Positions 44,621 to 60,272 of a stretch of 64,000 nucleotides of DNA are shown here, one piece after another. Below the pieces are notes generated by a model. The model ran no database searches. It saw nothing but the letters and a program-made list of their open reading frames with translations, and was not told where the DNA came from. This stretch comes from the human T2T-CHM13v2.0 reference genome, Homo sapiens. The stretch lies in NCBI RefSeq assembly GCF_009914755.1, contig NC_060930.1. One strand, given 5' to 3'. Each line of letters opens with the position of its first letter. Position 1 is the first letter of the stretch. Both the position numbers and the translations under genes were made by a program.

Positions 44621-45961
44621 AAAAAATAGTTTACGTGGCCTCTCAGAGAATCATGATCGCCTTGGTTTCGCAGAGGAAGACTAGGAACAGAAAGATCAAG
44701 TGATTTATCATATGTTGTACAGTTTAGAAGCCAGCAAGGCCACAAGTGGAACTAATTCTCCAACGATTTGTCAGTCCAGTTATCTATTATTACTATCATG
44801 TTGCTTCTGAAAATAAGAATAATGACACAACAAGCAGAAAGAACATACACATGCTAAGGACATGCTAAGGAAGTTCAGGGTCAGGTTGTTGGGAACAGAA
44901 TCTGCAGTAGTAATGATGGTGGAATGTGCTTATTCCAGCAAGGCTGCTGGAGGTTGGGAGTTACCTCCAGACCCAGCCCATCAGGCTGAGAACCCTCTGT
45001 TATCTTGGAGGCCAGCTCTACTCCACAGAGAGGCCTGGCACGAAGAAACAATTCTGTTAGTGAGAAGTGATTAATTAGACATCACAGATAACCCCTGTAC
45101 TTGGAGGAAGCATGTGAACTTCCATTTATATGGTTTATCAAATTAGAATGATCATCAACTTCTGGGGCAAATTCAAATGTCAGCTTTATGTTCTAGCGTC
45201 AATTGGAAAGAGAATAAAATTACAATCCACTCCAAACACCACTACTCTGAAAGTAACACCCACACAAAATCATATCCTCAGATGAAATTTTACTTGGAAG
45301 TTTTAGGAGGAATAATTATCATTTAACAATCATTTTTCACTTTGTCTAAGACCACGATAATTGGGGAATATAGTTATAACTAGCATTTACCACCAATCAA
45401 AATATTGACACCGAAGGCAGTGTTTAATGAGATAGATCAGGAATTTAACCGGTCCAGAATTAAGGACAGAAAATCACAAACTGATGATCACCAGTGAGTA
45501 GACCTAAAGGAATTTGATGAGTGTTTCTACCTTGATTACATGTATTCAATTTCATAGGACACTAAAGCTTGTATTGCACTATAGTTTAAAAATTTTTTTC
45601 CACCATATAATGTGTACGTGTTTTCCTTTATGAGGGCTATTGGAGGAAGGGGAAAAAATGCAAGTAGAGAAAGGAAAAAAGTAGGATGGAAAATGTAGGA
45701 GATTCCACAGAGAATTTTATAATAATTATAATATTCATTGTTATAAAATACTTTATAATCATTGCCAATAGCTTGAAGATACTTATATCATGCTCTGCCC
45801 CTGAGCTAAATAAACTGAATTTGAGCTTTAGTGTAACATTTCAAGAAAAATATGTATCTAGAGAGGATAATCAGAATGGTATGAAATTCTCAAAATATAT
45901 ATGAGAAAAAGTGGAAAGAAACAGGAATGCTTGCCTTTGAGAAGGAAAAAACCATTCGGAA

Positions 45962-46175
45962 ATAATAATAGCAAACATTTACTGAATGTGTTTTATATAC
46001 CAGACATGGTGCTATGCAATTTACATGTATTATCTCATTTAATCCTTACAACAACCACATAAGGTAAGTATTATTGCAATTTACAGATGAAGAACTGAGG
46101 ATTAGAAATACTCACTCTCATCCAAGATCATGAGTTCACAAATGGGGAAGGTAAAACCTACCGGCAGGTCTGCCT
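45962..46175 (-). mobile_element. MIR SINE
   Basis: aataatagcaaacatttactgaatg ... tattatctcatttaatccttacaacaacc ... ttacagatgaagaactgagg. Confidence 0.85.
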
Positions 46176-47614
46176 TATGTAAAAGCCTAGCATCTCATTC
46201 AATCTGCTGTATGGCTGCAATGTAAGAAACAATTGCCCAGCCTGTATTGTAGAGACCGTGTTGATAGACAGGTTCTAGTACCACTGCTGCCACCACCTGG
46301 GAATATGACTTTAGGTAAATTATCATCTCAATACATTGCTGTCCCCTCATCTACAAAGCAGCAGTTTGGATGATCATTAAAGATTTTTATTACTTAGATT
46401 CTATAACTCCAAATATTTGAAAATGTATTGAATAGGAAATGAATGAATTTTGTTGCTCCAGATGGCAGAATCAGAAGAAATGGGCTTATACAGAAACTGA
46501 TTGTCTATAACACATGGATTTTTCTGGCACTTCTATAGAATAAAATGGAACAGAGAAACATACAGAATAAGAGAATCAATAAAAATATAAGTCCCAAACT
46601 CTTTCAATGTTAAATACATTTACATTTTAGCGGTATTTTCATATATTTCCTAATAATGGTATAGTAGAACCAAAAATTTACCCTGAATTCAAATTTTACA
46701 AAATAAAATTCTAAAATTATATTCTGTGCACCTTCTAATTATTTTCCTATCTTTGAGGCAGTGACTTTCAAAAAAATTAAATTCTGAATATCTTAAATGC
46801 TAAAATGATTTTAGTAATTTGAGGCACTTAAAATGTAATTTTGCAGTGCTAATGAAAAGTGTTTTAAAACATCTATAATCTACCAAAAAAACATGTTGAC
46901 ATATTTGTCAGAATAATCCATTCTAAAATATAAATGTTTTAGATGAATTTAATTATTTTTCTTTCAAACTAAGGCTACGGTAAATAAAATTTAAGATATT
47001 GAGAGAAAATCCATATCGTCTAGCCATTCTACTCTAAAAATTAACTTATTACTTCTATGGGGATGATTTGCAGTCTTGATTTCTGTTCTCAATTTCTCTC
47101 CATTTAATGCTAGGTCTTGCATTTCTGGCTACCTGCTGGATATCTCTGCTGGGCATCCCTTCAACATCTCAACTCTGAATGCACATCTTGCCAGCCTGTG
47201 GAAATTACAGAAAGGTGTCCCTAAAAGAACTTTATGAAATGTCAGCAATGAGCAGTCCTCAGTATCTCATCCAATGTAACCTGAAGAGCAGACCAACTAT
47301 CAAGCCAGCAGGACCATGCCAGTAGGACTGGTTTATAATCCCACTGGGTTAACATATCCAAGGAAAGATCATGTGGATCCGAAAAGAAGCATAGCCAAGA
47401 CAGGAAAAGCAGATACATGCATGGGAAATGGCGGCATCTCTCCAAATGAGAGGCCAAGGACCTTACCAGCTTGACATGGACACTGACTAGACCTCATTAT
47501 TGAGAGAAATATCCCAAGTCTATTCTATCTGGCAACCCTTGTTTTTGCTTACAAACTTGTTTTTTTCTCATAACATGGCTTCGCATGTTCTGCCCAAAAG
47601 TAGACATAGTACTA

Positions 47615-47966
<352 letters not shown>

Positions 47967-48463
47967 TCACTGGTCCCTGATAATGTATCAATAAAATGGC
48001 TTCTAACTTACTTGACAGAGGATGAATTGGCCATGCCCACCCGAATACTCCTGTCCTTGACAAGTCAAATATAATACAAGAAACATGTACGAAACAGAAA
48101 TACAGCTCTGTGATTTATCACAATGCAAATTCAAGTAAACACGTCCCGAATTAAGAAATAAGATACTCAGGCCCAGAAACCTTGCATGCCCACTCCACTT
48201 GCTTTTCTATGTCTACCCCTACTATCTGAACTTAACATGCTAACCAATTCTTTGCCTTTTTTTTTTGTAGAGTTGCCACCTACGCACACACCCGTAAAAC
48301 TGAAACTCATGTTTTATCTGTTAAGTTTTCTGTAAATGTAAAGATACAATATGTATTCTCTACTGCCTGGCTTTCTTTTGCTTCTAATTACGCTCATAAG
48401 ATCCATCCATACTGTTCAGACTATTCAGATAACTGGAGTTTATTCATTCTCATTGCTTCATAG

Positions 48464-48837
<374 letters not shown>

Positions 48838-49102
48838 CTGCAGTTTTTATCCATACAGATAATGTGCTATGAATACTCTTGTATGTCTCTTGGTTCACTT
48901 GTGAACACATTTCAACTGAGTACATACGCAGGAGTTGAACTGCCATGTCATAAGGTCTGCATATCTGCAACTTTAGCAGATAATGCCAAACAGTTCTCCA
49001 AAGGGATTGGACCTATATATTATCTCAGCAGCACAGGAGAGGTCCTGCTCTTCCATACCACTGTCAACACTTGGCATTGTCAGTCTTTTGAATTTTAGCC
49101 AA

Positions 49103-49190
49103 TGCAATGGTTAATACTGAGTGTCAATTTGATTGTATATATGTATATATTCTATTAGTTCTGTTCCTCTAGAGAACCCTGACTAATACG
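49103..49190 (+). mobile_element. MLT2A-like (ERVL) LTR reduced to its two termini
   Basis: atggttaatactgagtgtcaatttgattg (MLT2A 5' end) joined to tattctattagttctgttcctctagagaaccctgactaatac (MLT2A 3' end), from recalled consensus. Confidence 0.75.
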
Positions 49191-49457
49191 GATTCAACCT
49201 GTTGGGTGGAAAAACTTAAAATCACAAATAGAGTTAATTTTATCAAACACTACATGCATCTATTTAGACAATCAAGTTTTTTCATTTGTTCTGTTAATGT
49301 GCTAAGTTATATTTTTTTAATGTTAAACCAATGTTATATTTCTAGATTAAGCCCAATTTGGTTGTTACATATTATTTTTTCATATGTTACCAGAGTTGGA
49401 ATGTATTTTGTTAGTGACTTTTGCATCTAGCTTCATAAATAAGAGAGGAATGTATGC

Positions 49458-49944
49458 TGTGATACAAAGAACAGTGCTCACCCCCCCTCAAAAAATGTCC
49501 AGATCCTAATCCTTAGAACCTGTGAATACATTATATTCTACAACAAAGGGATGTTAAGGTTGCCAATTAGCTGACCATGAAATCTGGAGTGCCCCAGATT
49601 AGTCAAGTGGTCCAAGGTAATCAGAAGAGCCTTGAAAAGTGGAAGGAGGAAGAAGAGGAGGCCAGAACGATGCAATGTAATAAGGACTAGGCTGCTGTTG
49701 GCTTTTTAGATAGAGGAAGAGTTTTCACAGCTAATGAATGCTGGCAGCTTCCAGAAGCTAGAAAGGGCAAGAATTCTCCCCTAGAGCTTCCAGAAAAAAA
49801 TGCAGCCCTCCTGACACATTGATTTTAGCCTAGTGAGACTTGCATGGATTTCTAACTTATAGAATTGTAAGATAATACATTCATATTGTTTTAAGTCATA
49901 AAGTTTGTTGTGATTTGTCATAGCTGCAAGAGAAAACTATGACA
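49458..49944 (+). mobile_element. MLT1D-like (ERVL-MaLR) solo LTR
   Basis: TG...CA ends, 5-bp TSD tatgc / tgtgc, atcctaatccttagaacctgtgaata and ttctcccctagagcttccagaa. Confidence 0.85.
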
Positions 49945-51243
49945 TGTGCTTAAGTGGCAATTCTACCAAAAAAGTAAGGAATTCTCAATTTCTTGTAATA
50001 ACCTTCTCAGTGTTTGATATCAAGATTATTCTGGTTTCCTTTAAAAATGCTGAGCATTCCCTCTTTTTCTACTATTTCAAAGAGTTTGAAAAACACTCAT
50101 TTTTTAGTGTTTTGTAGAATTCATCAATGCGGGCATTTGGGCCAAGGGTGTTCCTAAGTAAAGGTTTTAATTATGAACTCAACTTATTTAATAGTTACGG
50201 GATGATTCCAGCGTTCTATTTTTTCTTACATCAGTTTTGTTAGTTTATATTTACTAGGAATTCATTAATTTCAACTAAATTTTCAAACATATCAGTATGA
50301 AGTTTTCATGATATCCCCTTACCTAATGTCTAAGATTTATAGGGATGTCATGTTTTCTTCTTTGAGATTAGTATTTGTGACTTCCCTTTTTCTTAATCTT
50401 AGTTTCACCAAAAGGTTATTTGTTCTTTTAAAGAATTTGCTTTTAGAATATATGATTGTCCTTTATTATATTTTTTCATGTCATTTCTTTTTTCCCCTAT
50501 ATTTTTAACTAAATTTGCTGGTCTTTTTACTTTCTCCTATCATATGCTCAGCTCACTGATATTTAGACTTTCTTCTAACATACAGTCATACATTTCCTTC
50601 TAAACGGGGCTTAGGCTTGGCTAATTCATCTTACAAATATTAATCAATATTATGTGCTGAAAATATCAAAATATTTTATAATTCTAGATTCGATTCAAGG
50701 GCTACTGGATGCCAGTTATGTCTTTATTTCCAATCATGTGGGTTTTCTCTAAGTCTCCATTTATTGATTTGTAGCTTATTTGAAATTTGATCTCCAAGAT
50801 ATTCTGTAGGATTTCAATCCTTTGAAGTTTGTTCAGACTTTTTTTGACCCAGTATATAGCCTATTTTAATAAATGTTTTACATATGCTGAAAAGAAGGTA
50901 TATGCTCAGTTGTCAAGTTCTATGTGCTCATCAAGTCACATTTGCTAAGTGATGTTCAAATCAAACTAATCATGCTGTTCAAATTTTCCACATCTTTGGG
51001 GGTTTGCTTTACCTTGCTTATTCTATTAGTTCCTCAGAGTAGTACGTTAAAAATCCCTCACTATGGTTAAAGATTTATTTCTCCTTGTAGTTCCATAAAT
51101 TTTATGTGGCAGTTATTTCTTATTGCAAATTAATGAACTGACATTCTGGTCTTTACTTCAGCCTTCCATGAGTGTAATTTAGATACAGTGACTCAGACTC
51201 TGAAGGTATCATGGCCTCTGGATCCCCACAAATGTTTCTGGGT

Positions 51244-52041
51244 CAAGGATTCTCAAACTTTATACCCTGAACCCCCTTTGTCAGTCTGGGGAAATTGGTA
51301 GACACTAAGTTTTTAAATGCATAAAATAATCAAGATAACCATTTCAAAGGAGTTAACTTCATCTGTTATCAATATGTTAAAAATAATTGTGATATTGTAA
51401 CACATGAGTTTCTTTACTGTTACATTCAATAACAAGATCAAATGGTAGTTCTCATGACCTCTATAATTTCAAATTAGTTATAAGCACAAATAGCTTTAAG
51501 ATATTTGCAACAACTGCTCTGTGATATGAAAATATCTGTGATCTCCACTGGTGACAAAGTAACAGATTTCTGCTAATACTACTATGGTTTATGGCCTACA
51601 TTCTTTTTTTCTTTTTTTTTGGACAGGGTCTCACTCTCTAGGCCAGCCTGAAGTGCAGTGGCATGATCAACAACTCACTGCAGCCTCCACCTCCTCAGCT
51701 TGATTGATCCTCCCACCTCAACCTCCTGAGTAGCAGGAACTATAGGCACATGCTATCATAACTAATTTTCGTATTTTTCGTAAAGACGAGGTTTTGCCAT
51801 GTTGCCCAGGCTGGTCTTCAACTCCTGGGATAAAGCAATCTACCTGCTTCAGACTCTGAAAGTGCCAGGAATACAGGCGTGACCCATCGTGCCTGGCCTT
51901 TACAGCCTATATTCTTAAAGAAATATTCAATTTGAGACAGTGAAAATAAATATGCAATTTTGTTTCTGTCCATGTTCACAGGCACCCTCAGTTTTATCTG
52001 TTAAGAGGTTCATGTTCATGGACAATAGACTAACAACTTCT
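51244..52041. mobile_element. hAT-Charlie DNA transposon relic (MER119-like) split by an Alu
   Basis: caaggattctcaaac start, tttttaaatgcataaaataa, gtgatatgaaaatatctgtgat...ggtgacaaagt, and end aacaacttctg. Confidence 0.6.
51604..51899 (-). mobile_element. Alu (AluJ)
   Basis: Diverged reverse dimer; TSD gcctacattctt / gcctatattctt. Confidence 0.9.
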
Positions 52042-52097
52042 GCTTCAGGTTGTCAAATCAGAGATAAACCTTTTAGGTTTTTTAAGTTTAGGTTTTA

Positions 52098-52342
52098 ATT
52101 TTTTTTTTCTTTCTGAGACAGGGTCTTGCTCTGTTGCCCAGGCTGATGGACAGGAACATAATCACAGCTCACTGCAGCCTTGACCTCCTGGGCTCAAGGG
52201 ATCCTCCCACCTCAGCCTCCCAAGTAAAGACAGAGAGTCCCTATGTTGCCCAGGCTGGTTTCAAACTCCTGGGCTCAAGCGATCCTCCTGCCTCAGCCTC
52301 CCAAAGTGTTGGGATAATAGGCATGAGCTACTGTATTTGGCC
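52098..52342 (-). mobile_element. Alu (AluJ) with the central linker region deleted
   Basis: cctcagcctcccaagta is joined directly to aagacagagagtccctatgttgcccagg. Confidence 0.88.
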
Positions 52343-52949
52343 AAATCAACCTTTTATAAAGTTCTCTAATGGTGTTCTCACCTCTAGTTTGCTAGCTCCT
52401 GTTTATTCCATTCTCATTCAGTATTTTCTTCCCCCTTCCTCATTCTTGCCATTTATTATTCTTTAGTTTATAATAAAAATAAATTCCTAGTCTTTCTCCT
52501 ATTTAAGTGTTGTTTTCTACCAACTCTGCTATTTTAGTTAATGATACAATCATTTTCTTAAGGAATAGGATTGTTACCTTCTCCAAATACAAATAGTAAT
52601 CTATTCCTCTTATATTCCTCTTATTGCATTTATTGTATTGTGTTTTGCATTATATTGTATACCAGCCATATCGACATTATTAGATAACAAATTTGTTTAG
52701 AGCTTTACTCAACTATTTCATGAGTATGAATGCAATAGATGTTCCATAAACATTTGTTGAAATTATGTAATTTTGTATCTAAAAACTCTTACCTTTTAAT
52801 TGTGTTCATCCTTTAGAGATCAATTGAGTGAATAAAAAATTGACATTTCATTTTTATTGTTTTAATCTCTTTTCTTTAGAAAAATCTAAATCTAGATAAG
52901 ATCTCAATTTTATTTATGTTAACTCAATTCTGGAAAGCTGCCAAATACC

Positions 52950-53340
52950 CATTTATAGAAAAACTGACAAACTGTGGTATTTTCATACAATCAGCAATAA
53001 AAAAATTAGCTTGATACAAGAAACAATACAGGTGAACCTCAAAAACATCACAATAAGAAACAAAACAGATATACATACTTAAAAGCCAGACACAAAAGCA
53101 CACATGTATTTCATTTTAAATGAAGTTCAATAGCAGACTAAAATAATCTATGGTGATAGAAATCAGGATAGGAGGATATGGGAGCAGGACTTGGCTGAAA
53201 AGGGCACAGGAGAACTGTCTAGGATGATGGACATGTGCTTTTTCTTGATCTAGGTTGGTGGTTACACAGGTGTACACATTTGTGCACATTCACTGATGTC
53301 TACATTTTACTGTAGATAAATTATGCCTTAATAAAGTTAA
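52950..53340 (+). mobile_element. L1M(D/E)-type 3'UTR fragment
   Basis: aaactgtggtattttcatacaat, aaaagccagacacaaaag, taatctatggtgatagaaatcagga, and a terminal aataaa. Confidence 0.75.
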
Positions 53341-53359
53341 ACACTAAAGAAAATATGCT

Positions 53360-53640
53360 GGCCAGCCACAGTGGCTCATGCCTATAATCCCAGCACTTTG
53401 GGAGGCTGACGCAGAAAGATCACTTGAGCCCACGAGTTACAAGACCAGCCTGGGCAACATAGGGAGACCTTGTCTCTACAAAAATAAAAAATAAAAAATT
53501 AGCCAAGTGTGGTAACACATGCCTATGGTCCCAGCTACTTGGGACGATTGCTTGATAGCAGGAGGTCAGGGTGGCAGTGAGCAGAGATTATGCCACTGTA
53601 CTCTAGTCTGGGCAACAGAGTGAGACCCTGTCTCAAAAAG
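53360..53640 (+). mobile_element. Alu (AluJ)
   Basis: gatcacttgagccc and cctgggcaacatagggagaccttgtctctac. Confidence 0.9.
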
Positions 53641-54121
53641 AGATGAACAAAAAGATAAAAAGCTGCAGCATATAGAAGAAAGTCTACTACTAGGCATTAT
53701 TCTAAGAACTGAAGATATAGCACTAAACAAAACACTGGGATATGAAAGAGAAAAAAATAATAGTATATTGTGATTGTAAACTTCTTTTGACCAGAGCAAA
53801 ATATATGCCTAGTAACATAATTTGAATTGCAACCTTCCAGAAGCATTCCTTCATGCTGGTTTCCCATTTTTATTACAGTTTAATGTCTTTATTAATACAT
53901 TTTTATAATACACAAGCAGTTAAGTATTCATTGTAAAAAATATATATAGGAAATCCAAATAAGCATGAAGAAAATTAATTCTCCATAATCCCACCACAGA
54001 GGATATGTTTTTATATTGTCTAAATAAATTATTTGTTCTACTATTGGACTATGTCCAATAGTAACAAAGGTTTTTAACTATAAATTTCAAGATCCTTTCA
54101 ACATTGAAAATATTCCATTCT

Positions 54122-54239
54122 TCGCCTGTAATCCCAGCAATTTGGAAGGCCAAGGTAGGAGGACTGCTTAAGCTCAGGACTTTGAGACCAGCCTGGGCAA
54201 TGTAGTGAGACCCTATCTCTTTTTTAAATTAAAAAAAAA
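54122..54239 (+). mobile_element. Alu left monomer (FLAM-like), 5'-truncated
   Basis: Single arm with an A tail; tccattct on both flanks. Confidence 0.85.
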
Positions 54240-55538
54240 TCCATTCTAATTGATTCATCAGCCATTAAAAAAACAAACTTAAAACAAGAAACAGCTAGGA
54301 TATGTTTTATTTACAGCATTTCACAATAAAGGGAGTATGGATCTATGTGACATTTGTACATTTAGTACATATTTTAATGTGATTGAAACTAAGTCTGAGG
54401 AGACTATATAGGCTTAAGAATCCTTGACTTCAGTCACTGGATATCATCAGGATTTTTGGAAATGTTTAACACATTAAAAACATTCATAACCTTATAGAGA
54501 GGATGGGGTGAAAGTAGATCCAGAGTCTTAAGAGTAAAATGTTTTAATGGGTCGCCAAGGCTTGCAGCAACACTTCCAATGAGGGTGGAAGGAGTGGTTA
54601 ATTGTTCTGCGGTCAGTGCATTTAGGAAACAGTTCATGTGTTTTCTCACCCTAGGAAAATCGGGAATACACATAGTAAAGTGATGCTCTCAGAAGTCCTA
54701 CAGCCAGAAAGAAAGCTTGTTTTTATTGAACATTCCCTCAAACTTATTTGGCTGTCCAAACTGCTCTCTCTCCTCCTACTCCCATCTTAAGTGACAACTG
54801 GGAACATCTCAAAGGATACGCTTCGGAAACATCAGTGTATCAGGGGCACCAGGTCCATCCTGAAGTTCCCAGCTGCCCTCTAGCCTGCCCGCCATCTTCT
54901 TCTACACACACACACCAGAGCACCACCACTGAAAACCCACTGCCACTCACCATTGACACCCTGGTGGCTCCAAATGCTACCCCTTGGGACGTGCTATTTG
55001 CTCAGTGTGACTAGTCTGCTCCCACTTAGGCCTCCCAGCTGGTAAATGCCTTCTCACTCTTCACCAAGTTCTGGTAAAACTTGCTCGTCTCTGCTAGAGA
55101 GGCTTAGACATTTTACATTCCAGTTTTCTAGACTTCCATTTTACATTCCAGTTTTCACCCTTCTAGACATTTCCACAATATATTATAATTGATTGTCTTC
55201 TTGTGTAACACCCTACACACAAGTCTAAAGGTAAGATCCCTAGATGGTAGGTCGTTTTCCTTTTTTTACTAAGGTAGACTGTCAGATAAGAGAGTCTTAA
55301 ATATTGTTAAATTAATGAATCAATGAACAGTAAATTATGATACGAGCTCTTTTCAGGGAGGGAAAGCAAAATGAAATAGCAGATTAAGGTGCCTTGCTAT
55401 ATTCTTATTTCATCAACTAACATATGGTGTTCAAAGTCTTATTAAAAGTGTATTTCTGAGTAACCTCAGATCTCTCCATTTATTATCCAATGAAAAAACA
55501 TCTGTCAGTAATGGGTTATCCTGTAAAAAAATTAAAAA

Positions 55539-55858
<320 letters not shown>

Positions 55859-57821
55859 TCACTGAATATACATTTTAAAATGGGTAAAATTATGTTTCAT
55901 ATTATGTATATTTTACCACAATAAAAAAGCAAATAGAAACAAGAATTATTTTCTAATTGTTATGGGAGAGGGAAACATACTTAGTAAACTAATACAATAC
56001 CTACAATTTTTTAACCAATTTCTTTGAATGGACAATTTTTAAATGTGTTGAGCTGAAATTGAAAACAAATCTAAGGGTAGAAACAAAGCAAGTGAAATGA
56101 AGTTATGAAAGCATAGATCCATGTTTTTATTATAAAATGAAACCACAAAGAGCCCCTTAATTAGAGAAAACAGAGAGCTATTACTGTAAATGACATCCCC
56201 ATTAGTACTACTTAAATGGCAAGGGACAGCTTACAGCTCACGTGTGACTATGAAGTTAACTGGTTTTACAATAAAACACATTCTAACACTGTCTAAGAAC
56301 TGTCTATGAGTGAGATTTTTATGTGGTTCATAAGCTTATTCCAAAAGACATCCCGGTATAGGGGTTCCTAGGGTACTTTGACATCTGAGGGACAAGTTGT
56401 AATAACAGATCCTTGAGCCCTTTACTCATAAATTTTCTTCAAAGGGGATAATGTTTCTGCTTTGATTTAGACTAATCAGCAGTGACTTTATAGGCAAACT
56501 GCTTCTTTATTTTGGAACTTTAATCAAAAGCTCTAGTCTTTATAATATATACAGAAAAAGCAACTACATTTAAACTCAGTCCATCATTCACGTGACTTAT
56601 AGATATACAGATCAAACACATTCTGCTTCTTTTATTTTTGCCATTCTCAAAAATAAAGCACTTCTTAAATTGCTTTAACTAAGATTTTCCAGGTTTCCTT
56701 TATATATTATGTAACGTGTAACTCTGAGGAAAAAAATCATCAGTGAAGAAATAGTTAATCATATAAAAAAAAGTGCCAGCCCAACCACAGAAACAACACT
56801 TTCCTAGAAATAGTCAAAGCATACCAGATAAAGAGCAGTAACAACTTTCTAAAAACAAATTCCCGAATTTTCTGTGCACCTCTTGTAGTTATTTTTCTTA
56901 ATCAAATGTGAAAAAGATAAGGGAAAAAAGTATTATCCATTGACTCTGATGATGTGGTGGCAAACAATAAGGTTAGTATTTTCTGTCACCTTTTTCTTGA
57001 GATGAGGCTAGGAATCCCTGTACTTTTTAATCCCCAGTATCTGCCATAGGCCACATGGAGTTAATGGATTTATTTTTTCCACTACTTCTTGTAGACAGAT
57101 AATCCAGGATCATAAAATAGAAGAAACCAGTTCACACAGACTGAGTGCAGCCAAGTGGCCATCAGCTTCTTCCTGTTCCACTTCACTGAGCAATTACTGA
57201 ACAGACGAGCTGTACAGACTCTAAATGAACATCGTCACTACCTCTCACTTGTTTTTTGCTTCTGACCTCTTTAAAGGTTCGGACAAAGTAGGTACATTTT
57301 GTAGAAACCTAAATAACTTATGAGAGGAGTACAAAGTAAAAGCTAGTTATCAATTCTGCATGGCCTGCCATGCCCTTTCACCATCCTGGGGACATAACTT
57401 CCCCCCAAATGATTCCAGTATCAAATACCATTATTTTGTTGCTACTTGATCTACTTCTAAGGCCTAGTGTTTAGACCTTGACATATAGCTTTGTCAAACA
57501 AAGCTTCCATCCTCCCCACTCTGCAGCTTCTCTCCCTAGTCCCATGACCCTCTCTCTCTCCACGGAATTCTACACTTGAATCTCTGACTCATCCCTTTGT
57601 GTTTTCCCAGAGTTGACACTTGATCTGCTTGGGCTGTGGTCCCAGCCCATCCCTTACAACTTAAGCTAACTTTCCCTATACTTGTCTTCAGAGATGCTGG
57701 ACTTACGATATCAACCAACCTGCTCTCTAGCTGACCAAATTCCAGACACTGGCACCCCGGGCCTGCTACTTCACTGTAATTTGTAGACTGCATACTCGAT
57801 ACAATAAAGAGTATGAAGTTA

Positions 57822-57898
57822 TTATGTTGGTGCAAAAGTAATTGCGGTTTTCATTACTTTTGATGGCAAAAACCGCAATTACTTTTGCACCAATCTAA
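57822..57898. mobile_element. MADE1 MITE (Hsmar1 mariner derivative), 77 bp
   Basis: Palindromic ttatgttggtgcaaaagtaattgcggtttt...aaaaaccgcaattacttttgcaccaatctaa with TA on both flanks. Confidence 0.95.
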
Positions 57899-58664
57899 TA
57901 TTTGGCAGTAATGCCCAAGCTATTTGGGGAGGTGGGAGAAGGGACACATTTGCACAGCTAAAGACTAAGACTTGATAATAAGAACTCTGATTCAAAAACG
58001 AGACATATATCAAGGGAAAAACTACATCTTGTCAGCACAATGTGAAACATGCAAGAGGCTTCAGAGAACTGTAATATGTGACACATCGAATAAGCTTACC
58101 TCAAAATATAAGTGAAGAGAAAGGTATCAGAACATCCTTTAAAGTACATTATATGCAAAGTTAGTAAGAGTAAGTTTGGCCATTTTCAACAAATCCTTTT
58201 TTTCCCACATAACCACAGATATAAAAGAATCTCTGGATAATATTACAGGAGTAATAGTGGAGGAGACACAGAAAAGCACGTGCAGTCTCTACCATCCAGG
58301 TACAAATAGCAGGAAACAATTATGTATATAATAAAAGTTTTCCCAACCCTCTGTAAAACCCACAGCAGAAGCAGAATGTTGGAAACTTGCAGGCTTCTAT
58401 CTAGGTTGGGGGAGCTTTTCTCTGGTTATATATGTTTACCAAGAATTGGCAAGCTATTAGCTAGTTGGACCTATTATTCCAATCAGATAAATTTTATATC
58501 AAACTGATGAAATGAGTTCAAAAAGAATGGCTTCTATAAAAACAAACGTGAATGCCACATGAATCCTTCAAAAGGCAGGTTGCCAAGAAAAACTGCAGTT
58601 GAATTAGGAGAGAGCTAGACAGCTATAAAAAAACTAGAGAGAAATTTATAAAAATCTAGAATTC

Positions 58665-58990
<326 letters not shown>

Positions 58991-60089
58991 AATCTAGAAT
59001 TCTACTGTGATGGCAAAAGAGGTTTTAAACTATAGTACTATATGGTTTTTATTATTTATAGAACAATACAACTCAAAATACATTTATGTCCTTATGTTTC
59101 CATATGTTATATGAGCATGGGGAAAGACACAAAGAGGTATACACCAAGTTGTAAGTATGGATTTCCTATTTTTGTACTATTGTTTGGAAAGTGGCTATGG
59201 AGACAAGGTGAGGGGGAAAAGACTGAATGTGAGAAAAAAATTACACAATAAATAACATCATAAAGATAACCGTGAAAGGATGATTATTGAAATATCAGTG
59301 GTAGTTATTGTTGAACAATTTTAATTTCATACATTTCACCGTTTGTATATTTTACAATGAACATTATTTTATATAATCATAAGAAAAGGAAGCTGATTTT
59401 CATTTTGAATTTTTTTAATATAAAAAGAGTGAGAACAGAAACCATGAGATTAACTTTTGGGGGAAAGCGGGGAATCAATGCCCAGATATTGCAGGAAAAT
59501 TACTTTTGATCTTTGCTGACAGAGTACCTACCATTATACCAGACAGGAAAGACTATAGTGAACAATCTCTATCATTTAATTTTCTGAATCTTATGTTCCA
59601 TACTTCAGGGAACGAAGGGATCAGTCGTTTCAAACCTCATGCTCAGCTTTTAGCAGGACATTTTCTTGTCCACGTTTACCTGCAGTATTTTAGTAGAAAA
59701 TTAACATTGCCTGTTTATAACTAGAGCCCATAGACTTATTTATAATTCTAAGTCAACTTGTCTTCTGGTGGATTTTCAATATTTAACTCTGGGCCAGTGC
59801 ATCATTCAAGCATTGCCTATCACACGTTATAATTTAATTGAAAGAGCAATGCACTCATTATCCTTTGACTTCCCAATAGATGCAGAACATCCGATTGGAA
59901 GGTGCTTTGTGTTAATTGCAAGGGATAGGGGACTTTGACATTAAGTTCTAATGATGCATTTCCATGTAGATAGGGAAAACAAATTCTAAGGACATCTTGA
60001 TTCTTTTAAAAGTTGACTTAAAAGAAAAAATGCAATAGGGAACAAATTCTAAAAGAAAAATAACAACTTTGCTACAGTGCAAACTACTA

Positions 60090-60272
<183 letters not shown>

